From Trichosphaerium sp. ATCC 40318 (Eukaryota; Protista; Tubulinea): DNA of 64,000 nt. Positions 11,101 to 20,661 of this stretch are shown here, in pieces. Position numbers and translations under genes: made by a program. A model generated the notes under the pieces. It did no database searches, was not told the DNA's origin, and saw nothing but the letters and a program-made list of their open reading frames with translations. The DNA lies in contig JALMLS010000385.1 in assembly GCA_038496445.1 (NCBI GenBank), positions 294,813-358,812 on the forward strand, read 5' to 3'. The stretch's first letter is position 1; every line of letters starts with the position of its first letter.

Positions 11101-14100
11101 GCTGCATGTTCTTGTGTTGGCAGATAATTTGATGGACTTGTTTCCAGTTCAACTATGCAATTTTGCAAATTTGCACTTTCTTGACTTGTCATGGAACCGT
11201 TTGACAGATATGTGTCAAGCTTTGGTTAATTTAACTTCTTTGAAGACGCTATTGCTTCGAGGAAACAAACTTCCGCGCATCACGTTCCAACGTAAGTTTT
11301 TTTTAATTGTACGATTCCCTCATTGTTGGATTAACATCGTTTAGTTGGGCTTATGACACAATTAACACGATTGGATCTTGCTGAAAATAAGTTGGTTGAG
11401 CTCATCACATCTATTGGAGAGCTATCTCGCTTAGAAGTACGCCGTTTTTACCCAAAACATTTTATGCAAATAACTAACCTTCTTTAGATTTTAGACTTGT
11501 CCAATAATGACTTGAAACAATTGCCACCAACAATGGGGCGATTAACAAGTTTAACAACATTGTACCTTGGCGGTAAGTATTTGATCTCGGTAACAGTTTC
11601 TTATATTAGATGAATAGGTAATCCTTGGGAACGATCTTTAAGGCCACTGTTGGATAAGCATAGATATGTGAATGATTCAAGGTACGAACCAAAACAGATT
11701 GTACAGAACTCTGCTAATGATAGCAATAGATCATTGAGAGAATTGTTGGATTACCTTCTTATGCACATGGAAGGCATGGAGACGTACAAGAAGCACAAGA
11801 TTATGGTTATCGGAGCACGTGAGTAAACCAGTCGGAGGTAAACAACTGTTGGCTGACATCTTTTTTCATAGCTCGTGTTGGTAAGAGTAGTCTTCTTTCT
11901 GCACTTGCCATGCGAAAGAAACATGGTAGAGCAATGACGCCACATGCTACCGTTGGCGTCAGTGTGGGCACTTTAACTATTTCGTACGACGCTGCATACT
12001 TTTGTTTTATACTGATAACGCTTGGAAATAGACGCCAAGGAAAGAATGAAATGAAACGTGGTAAAGACAAGCATGATTTGCAATTTAACACTTGGGATTT
12101 TGGAGGTACTTTTTTTTATCCCCAGAATACTTTTCTTGACAAAAATTCCCTCGCCTTTCTATTATCCATTCTCGCCACTTTGTATCTAATAAGCCGCAAA
12201 AGGCCAAGAAATTACCCATAATATCCACGAGCTTTTCTTAACAAGCCGTACGATATATTTAGTAGTATGGGACCTTACAAACAGTCAATCGACGGAGCAA
12301 CTAAATTCCTGGCTACATGCCATCGAAAGCAAAGCGCCAAAATCTCCAATACTGGTACGAGAAAAAAGCAGAAACCGCCGCGATTTTTTGAAAAACTTTT
12401 CTCTCTTACTCGCATTAGTTGGTAGCTACACATGTCGATGCGTTCAAAGCTAGACCAATATTTGCAGAAGATCATGTAGAAGCAGTAAAAGCACGATTTC
12501 GCGGTCGATTCCCTAGGATTCGTCGTGTTATCGTTGTTAGTTCAGTAACTGGTGCGTTTTAGACTTTTTTAAGCTCAAAGCCACAAATTTTGGCTTTTTT
12601 CCCATAGAGCTGAGTCAGGGCGTGCGAGAATCGACTCGTATAACGCCTGTTATGTCAATGGGACAACAAAACGCTGGAATACAGGTCGCCAAAGTTTTTT
12701 TGGATGAACCATCTTTCCACGCGTCTACGAGTGAAAAAACCGCTGTGTGACCTTCGTGCAAACCCACAGTGCACTCGTAGACGAAACATTTTTGTCAAAA
12801 AATCAAAGTACCTGACACTTACCGATTGTAGGCACTGGCATTGATGAACTTCGTTCTGCCATTGTAGCGGTAGCATCAAGACAGACTCTCATATTCCAGA
12901 AGAGCTTTGGTGTCCTTGAAAAAGTATGTCGTCTCAAAATTTTGAAAACATGAAGAATTTACGCTAACGCACTTTTATTAGGCGCTCACAACTGAGATGA
13001 AGCGATTTAAGCGGCCTACAGCTATTCTTTGGGATGAGTACAAATCTGTCGCGGCATCTTGTAAAATAGTCAAACAGTAAGGATTTTTTGAGTGTTAACA
13101 AGTATTTACATCAATTTAGCGAAGAACTGATACAGGGAGCCGAATTTTTACACACTGTTGGTTCCATTGTATATTTTGGTGATAAGAAGTCTGTTCTAGG
13201 CGACTTGATCATTCTAGGTACGTTTTAAACGAAATGACAGACTTTTGTTTTTTGAAGTAACTTAACAATAATTGACACTCACTTAGATCCAAATTGGTTG
13301 ACATCTGCATTCGATGCTCTGTTAAAAGCAGCCCAGAAAAGTGGTGGTATATTTAACATCAAGTCTCTTCGTGCTTGCTGGAAGAGCACGAGTTACCCAA
13401 CAGAAGTTCACGCTCCACTAGCTGAGCTAATGAGAAAGTTTGAGTATGCTTATAACCTGAGTTACAAAGAGTTTGGGCGTCACTTTAAACCCTCCGATCC
13501 TGCTCTTCTTGCTAGTAAAACACTATCTCCAAGAGCCATGAATGATTTAGCACAGTTTATGGTTCCTAGCTTGCTAGAAGAAAAAAACGAAAAGAAGTTT
13601 ACAAAGTTTTGGAATCCAAACTTTGATGATTTTATTCGTTGTCAGTTTAGCTTAGTTTATAGGCTTGGTAACCTACCACATGTACGTAGTATAATTACAA
13701 GAAAGGCTTATATTAACAACGTTTATTAGGGTTTGTTTGGTCGTGCAATGCTACGCATCTTTGAGATTGCAGAAACTGTTCTGAGTTATTGGCGAGATAT
13801 CGTTATCTTCGAGTTTAAAGCTTGTCGTGTGCTAATGCAGGTCTTTGCACAATACGAAGAGATTCGTATATCTGTTCGTGGGCATCGCCCAAAGGAGGTA
13901 ATACCATTATTTCTGAGATTTGTGTTCGAAACTATTTCTCGCGTAGTTGGGTATTCTGACGTTTTTCCCAGGTTGGCCAAGAGCTAATGCAACTCATGCA
14001 AAACTTGCTGAACATGTGGTACCGTATACCATACAAGATCTTCCTCCCTTGCTCTCGTTGTCTACAAGATCGACACCCAGAACCTTGTCTATTCTCGTTA

Positions 14101-17100
14101 GCGAATATTGAAGCTCTATCAGCGAAGGGAGACTTCCTAGCTAAGTGCTACAATAAATCTCGGAATGGATTTGTTCGTATTGATCTTATGCTTCCTTTCA
14201 ACATGCCAGACCTTACGAAGTTCATACCTGCAGCTGATATCACTCAAGTACGCTTTTTTTTCTTCTTTTTTTTTTTTGAATGAAAAAACGAGGAGGCTCA
14301 GGCGCTTGCTGTTGACTGCGTACGAGCGTACGCTAAGTCCTATATGAGTAACTGCTTGCAGCCAACCTCGAACAGCAAAAAGTCGAGGTAGGTGGAGGTT
14401 ATGTTGATTTAAAGCGACTATCCTTCAATCCACTTTGAAACATTTAAAGTTTTTTGGAAACTACAAAATTTCCTTCATGAAACTTACTCTCTATTGAAGG
14501 TTAGAGTGCTTCAGGATACAAAGTACACGTCTGTGTGGGCTGGTATGTGGTTAGATCAAGAAGTAGCTGTAAAAAGCTTAAAAGAGGCTTCTGATTCTGA
14601 ATCTGTTTGTGGGAATACGAGACCTTCTACTGATTATGAAGATGCTTTAAGGCAACTACGTAATGAAGTGTACTTAATAGCGTACGTATTTTTTACTTCT
14701 TGCAATTACAACGTTAGTAAGAGAGCTGATTTCTTTACCTTCTAGTCAATTACAACATCCCTGTATTGTTGCGTTGCTTGGGTGTTTGGCAGACCCGTTT
14801 GGTATAGTACTACAGTACGTCAAACGTGGCGAGCTGAGGCAGTACCTTAACAAGCATCCATCCATTTCATGGCCTCTAAGGCTCAGAATTGCTGGAGATA
14901 TTGCTCGTGCTATGGACTTTTTACATTCTTGTGTTCCTCAATTAGTTCATCGTGATCTCAAGAGTCCAAACGTATTGGTGCGTACTATCTTTCGATTTTT
15001 TGGTTTTTGAGGTTTTTTTTTAACACTTTCTGTAGCTTATGTCGCTTGATGTGACTCAGAGTGTCGTAGCTCAGGTTGCAGACTTTGGAGAGTCAGCTAG
15101 GTTGAGCTTAGGCTCTTTCCGTAGTGATCCAAGGTCGACAGCTAATGTTCAAAACCCAAAATGGCTGGTACGTTTTTTTGTTGAACTTTTTTGTTTGGAA
15201 GAATTTTTTTCACCCTCTTTTTTGTCCTATGATTATCTTTTCGAGGCATTTGTCCCAGACCTGCTCAAAAAGTTGTGTTTTACAACGAATAACGGGCTAA
15301 ATTATGCAGATTTCGTCAATCTGAGGCAATCAACAAAACAAAACAACAACTGTTTAGATTTTTTTGTTTTACAGAATCTAATGTTTTATTCAAGGCACCT
15401 GAGGTAATGCAAGGAGAAACATACTCTGATAAAGTTGATGTTTTCAGTTATGCAGTAATATTGTGGGAGCTTATAACTAGTACTATGCCATGGTCTAATA
15501 TTAGTTACTTGCACAAAGTCGAACAAAAAATTTGTCAAGGTACGGTTTTAACTTCAAAACGGACTTGTCAGTTGAGTTTTTTTGTAATCGTTTTGTGTCT
15601 AATATATTTTCTTAGGTGAGCGTCTAGCTATACCAGATGATACACCACAGCTGTACAGAGATTTAATGACACTTTGTTGGCATCATGAACCAGATAAACG
15701 ACCTGCATTTAGTGGTATGATTTTTTTCTTTTTTTTTTTTTTCCTTCTTTTTTTGATACTGACTGTTTATAGCTATCCTCGATCTATTACTTGCAATTGT
15801 GGCTGTAGAAGCACCAAAGCTAAACATGTTCTTCGATACTCAAAACCCAGAACGCTTCAAATCCGCTCGAAAAAGCGACAACGTCGCTGTTTTGGAGCAC
15901 ATCAAAACAGTTAATATGGACGAACTCAAGATCGCTTTGCCTCCTGGTATACCAGAGGAAGACCAAGGGCGTGGTATTCGTGCTATGGCTGTACAACGCA
16001 ACACAGTTTGGCTTGGCACTGATCAAGGAACACTTATTGTTCTCGATTCTACTGTACGTTCTCAAGTTTTTTGTGCCTTTTTCTTGTTCTGCAATGAACT
16101 TTTTTTCTACCGCTTCCCCTTTTGTCCTATGATTATCTTTTCGAGGCATTTGTCCCAGACCTGCTCAAAAAGTTGTGTTTTACAACGAATAACGGGCTAA
16201 ATTATGCAGATTTCGTCAATCTGAGGCAATCAAAATAACAAAAAAAAGCGATTTTTTTATTGATTATATTTTTGTTGTTTACTGACTTGTTCTTGATAAG
16301 AATGGAGAGATGCTATGTTCTCATGGTACTGCTGCTTCTAGTAGAATAACAACAGTATTGGTTGTCGGTCTTAAAGTGTGGACAGGATCATCTGATGGCT
16401 ATATACGCACATGGACTCTAGAAGTTGTACGTTGTTTGAAAGTTTTGTTAATTTTTTTTATGGACGATTTCTCATGTTACCACTTAGGACCTCGGTGTTA
16501 ACCATCTAGGATCTTCAAAACTTACAAAACAGGGGTTCTTAAATGTATCTAAGAAAGTACAGATGCGTAAAAAGCATTGGTATAGGCGGTGGGTTGTTTT
16601 AAACAACCGCAATCTATATGTTTATCGTACTCAAAAGGTAAGCATCTTTTTTTTTTTTTGAAAGTTTTTGTTTTCCTCTTTGGTTCTTACTTTGTTATTG
16701 TAGGATCAATACCCTCTTCTTGCCTTCAGTCTTAATAACGTTAAAGTATTACATGAGGTGAAGACTCCTGATAATGAGTATGGTTTTGGCATACTAGACC
16801 AGAAGAGAGCTTCTATCCTTTTTTCAACAGAGGTTCGTGTTAACATTCTTTTTCAATAATTTCCTTGTGTTATGGGTTACCACACTGAGTGTTCATTGTG
16901 GCTTCCCTTGCGCAACTGTTAAAAAGACTTTCTTTAAAAATACAATGATGTTTGTGGAAGAGCCGTCAGAGTTTATGTGCTGATATTTTTCCAAAATCGA
17001 AGAATCTAATAAAAATCGCTGAAGTATTTTTTTCTTTCTTTCAAAACCCTGTCTGTCTTGTGATGACTTCATGTGCTTGAAATCTCACATTAAGTTACTA

Positions 17101-18487
17101 GGATAAAATAGAACGTAATGATTGGATGTGTACAATACGAACAGTTGTACAGTCATACGAGTATCAGCAGGGTCTGGTAAGTCCTTTTTTTTTTCTGCTC
17201 GAAATAGGTTAACTTTTTTTCTCTGACTTTTTTTCAAGGATCAAGCTACTTCAAAGACATCTCCAACACTTAAACGTGAAACTTCATTACCCGTTAAATA
17301 CAGTGGACCAACATCACCCACCAAATCAGCTGGTATACTTCGGTCAAGGAGTCAAAGTTATTCGCCTACAAAAAACCAAAAAAGGTCGAATAATGTATTC
17401 GATATCAACCTAGACCAAGTTCCTGCTAAACCCAGATCTGGTAGTACAGTAACAACTGATCAAGAAAGAGCGCGTATTTTAAAATCAAGTGCCAGAGATC
17501 GTGAGGTACAGTGATACGAGCCAAAAATCTTTTTTTTTTTTGACTTTTCCATTTTTTTTTTGTTGAATATGTGATGACTCATAAAACTGACACGTCGTTG
17601 TAATTCCCCGTGATTAAGAAACGAGCGCTTTAACTCTGATGTATTCAGCAAAAAAATTTGAAGTTTTTTTGACACTGTTTGAAAGAAATTTGAGCTTTTT
17701 TCTAATTGCTTCTTTCAGACTATTCTTGTGGCTCATGATCATGCAAAAGCAAAGTCTCCTGTACATTGTATGGCTGTGGGTGACCGTACTGTATACATAG
17801 GAGGTGATAAAGCATGTATATTTGTATGGAACATAAAGGTTCGTAAAACAAACTTTTTTTTTTTCATCTTCTTTCTTCATTCGGCTTGTTGCTTACTGGC
17901 GTTTTTATTAGACTTTTTCGTTAGAGCATACCATAAAGGTAGAAGAAAGTGTATCTAACGAGATGTGTGTGTCATGTATACTTCATGCGAATGGTATTTT
18001 ATGGGCGGCTATTGGGTCCATTCTGTTTCGAATAGATACAAGTGACATGGCTGTCACTCGCCTTTTCTGCCATAAGGCAGATATAAAATCTATTGTAAAG
18101 CATACAGGGAAGATATATACATGTGACAAAGAGGATATCCTAGCCTGTTGGACAGTGGTACGTCAGAATCTCTTTCGTTGTAAAATGCTTTTTCTGCTCT
18201 TTTTTTTTCTTCTTTTCTTCTTGTTTCTGACTTCTCTCTTGTAGGATGGTGCTCTTATATCCAAGGATATGTTGGATATATCTTCTAATACCTCAGCAAT
18301 GGTCACTATAGGTGATATGCTGTGCGTGTCTTCGGGCACTAAACTTTGTCTGTTTGATACTGTTAGAATGATAAAAGTCGGTGTTTATGATACTGAACTT
18401 GATACTTCTTTGACTGCCTTGACTTTAGCACAAGATAGTGTTATATGGGCAGGTACTAAAGGAATGAAAGTAACAGTATGGACATGA
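8181..18487 (+). CDS. Pats1-like Roco protein: GRAM/myotubularin-like, LRR, Roc GTPase, COR, kinase, WD40 with inserted PH domain; many exons
   Basis: Myotubularin motifs LAQILIDPYFRTYRG..KEW and FPDAFEYNEQFL; LRRs about 11010-11600; Roc KIMVIGAPRVGKSS and WDFGGQE; kinase VAVK, HRDLKSPN, DFG, APE; PH KQGFL...WYRRWVVL at 16526-16640; stop TGA 18485-18487. Confidence 0.9.
12600..12791 (+). ncRNA. Intronic three-hairpin box H/ACA snoRNA, U19/SNORA74/snR191-like
   Basis: In intron 12552-12831. Hairpin CCCAT..ATGGG, H box ACAACA 12663-12668, last hairpin CGTCTACGAGTG..CACTCGTAGACG, ACA 12786-12788. Pocket GAGTCA/GTTAT brackets LSU helix 69 GUAAC-UA-UGACUC, 14 nt from the H box. Confidence 0.85.
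14289..14445 (+). ncRNA. Intronic box H/ACA snoRNA, snR10/SNORA21-like
   Basis: In intron 14248-14499. CGAGG..CCTCG hairpin, H box ACAGCA 14372-14377, ACA 14440-14442. Second pocket GTAGGTG/CAATCC brackets LSU A-loop GGAUUG-UU-CACC, 14 nt from ACA. Confidence 0.85.
15223..15328 (+). ncRNA. Intronic box C/D snoRNA, U15/snR13-like guide (copy 1)
   Basis: In intron 15168-15394. C box ATGATTA 15229-15235, D box CTGA 15321-15324, short terminal stem. Guide CGAGGCATTTG is complementary to conserved LSU CAAAUGCCUCG. Confidence 0.85.
16123..16228 (+). ncRNA. Intronic box C/D snoRNA, U15/snR13-like guide (copy 2, identical)
   Basis: In intron 16054-16300; 16120-16233 is identical to 15220-15333. Confidence 0.85.
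16936..17031 (+). ncRNA. Intronic box C/D snoRNA, U49/SNORD49-like
   Basis: Stem AAAAATAC/GTATTTTT, C box ATGATGT 16945-16951, guide GGAAGAGCCG (complement of LSU CGGCUCUUCC), D' CAGA, C' GTGCTGA, D CTGA 17019-17022. Confidence 0.88.
17558..17653 (+). ncRNA. Intronic box C/D snoRNA, U36/snR47-like
   Basis: In intron 17506-17718. Stem TTGTTGAATAT/GTATTCAGCAA, C GTGATGA 17571-17577, C' GTGATTA, guide ACGAGCGCTTTAACT against SSU AGUUAAA..GCUCGU, D CTGA 17636-17639. The D+5 position falls on the A equivalent to yeast Am619. Confidence 0.88.
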
Positions 18488-18748
18488 CAATGTGTTTGAA
18501 ACAAAAGGCCTCTGTATGGAGGTGTAATTTTAGTTGTACATAGAGAAGAGAACATAAATAAAATTATATACCTTTACACTAAAACAAGTTGTTTTGTTGT
18601 TGTATTGAGTCACCGCGTTATAGGAATAATGTTGGAATGTTTTGATGGGTGTATGGAAGAAGACAAAATCACGTGCCGTACGCTAGTAGAATATTGAAAA
18701 GTCTATCAGCCGTTCATTTACGACATAAAACTACTATTATTCTCTCAT

Positions 18749-19358
18749 TATGGCTTGACGACAACAGAAATTGGCTATTTATGGTAACCCTCCACATTGA
18801 GTATCCAAACGAAGAACAGTTGGCTATGCTTTCTGGAAGTCCTTTACTAAAGAATACACATATTATTTTAAACGATGTTGTAGATAGTCAAGTTCTCCAA
18901 CTTGTACGTGTACACGCTATCAACTTATCGTATTGTGGAGCAATAACAATGAGATCTATCATAGCTTTAGCAGGTGTGCATACAATTTCGTTGTCAGGTA
19001 CAAATGTGACAGACAAAGGTTTGAAGGCTTTGGCTGGAGTACACACTATAGATTTGCTTTGTTGCAATTTTATTACAGATGAGGGTATCAAGACTTTGGC
19101 TGGTGTACACAATTGATTTAAGAAGTTCACCAGTAGCAGATGAAGGGTTAAAAGTCTTGGCAGGAGTACACACTGTAGAGTAGCTTTCAACTTAACTTAG
19201 GTTGGCGTGTACTAAATAAATTTACGTGGATGCGATAGAATAACAGATGAAGTTTGAAGTCTTTGATAGGTGCTCATTACATAAATGTGATAGATTGTTT
19301 CCGTATGACAAGTGTTGGTATAGAGGCGCATCCTAAATCAGTAGTAGTAGTGAGATAA
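18749..19358 (+). pseudogene. Third, dispersed and broken copy of the LRR family at 1806-3422
   Basis: SGSPLLKNTHI versus QGSPLLKNTRI; LAGVHTIDL repeats; frameshifts and stops after about 19110. Confidence 0.75.
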
Positions 19359-19421
19359 TCAAACTTCAGTGTCTCAACAACCAACAGCATTGTAAAGAAA
19401 GGAAGTGTTTTGTTTATTCTT

Positions 19422-20270
19422 ATGACATCTCGATCTTTTTCTTACTGTCTCTGTGTTTACTAACAATACTTGAGACTTACACAATTGATGGTTGTGCTCC
19501 TCAAGGTTTTGGTGCCGACACGCAGCGAATCAGTTTGCTGTATTCTATTGTCCTGATAGTTCATCAGGCGTGCCTTGTTCAAGTGATTGTGAAACGCGTT
19601 CTATCATCGTGGACGCTAATTCGACTGTAAGGGACATCATTTTTTTTTTCTTTTTTTTCTTTTTGTTTTGCACTGCTTTGCGACTGCCCTGCATTCCATC
19701 CTTTCCAACAATAACAAATCCAAACATTTGGATTATCATATACAATTCTCAACGGCACTGTCACTGTTGTTGAAACAGTTTTGTTTGAACAAGCTTGTGG
19801 ATATAATGCAACAATAATAAATATCATAGGAACTAATCACGGTACAACAAATTCAACTAGCACCCATATTACAGCTACACCGTCTGCTTATAACAAATTT
19901 CTTGTATCATGGATTCTAAACGATGCGTATTCTCGCTCAGAGCGAATTCAATAATAACGGTAACCTAATAATTGCCTGAGACCTCAGTAGCATTGCTTCA
20001 TCATGTGGGGTACTTGTGATGCACATTTTTTATCATAGACGTTTGTTTCGCTACCAGCAAATTGTAGCTCAACTACTTCAGTATTTATTTCCAGTTTGTT
20101 AGCTGTACATCACACGCAACTACGCCACCAACAACTACATCACCAATACACCAATAGCAAACAATAGCAAAATGACATTGTCCCCTTAGGACTGCACCGC
20201 GTACAACAACAAGTGCTCCTACCAAAATCCGTTCGAAAGCATCTCTTGATCATAGCATAAGCACGTAGAT
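19422..20270 (+). pseudogene. Possible decayed gene for a secreted Cys-containing, T-rich protein
   Basis: Signal-peptide-like IFFLLSLCLLTILE, Cys-rich segment, GTAAG donor at 19626, P/T-rich tail, but frames do not join. Confidence 0.3.
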
Positions 20271-20661
20271 TAGGTGACTAAGTGCAGAAGTTGTAGGAAT
20301 TGTATTCAATCAAAAAAAGTCTGAACGTAGATCCGTTTGTCAGCCATAAACTCACCTCATAGCATTTTAAAATGGTTACCCTAAGCGAACCTGTGAACTC
20401 TACAATTCTGGTTCTATAGGATGGTGACTATCACGGATGTAGCTTTACACACCACGTGATTAGTGTAGGATAGGTTAAATTGGATTTTGTTTGATACCAA
20501 CAATTAAGAAACTCGCGGGATTTCTGGTATGTAACGCTATACGTCTACATAGAGAAATGTTGTTTTAGTTCTGTTATAGGACACGTGGTGCTTTATAGAA
20601 CTAGAATAGTCAAGGTTAAGGAAATACTGCTTAAAATGATTTTTAACGGGAAAAACTAAGT

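Noticed and set aside
15220-16233. Duplicated intron segment interpreted as an introner or MITE
   Set aside because: No terminal inverted repeats or target duplications; the repeat is internal to the introns and bounded by C and D boxes.
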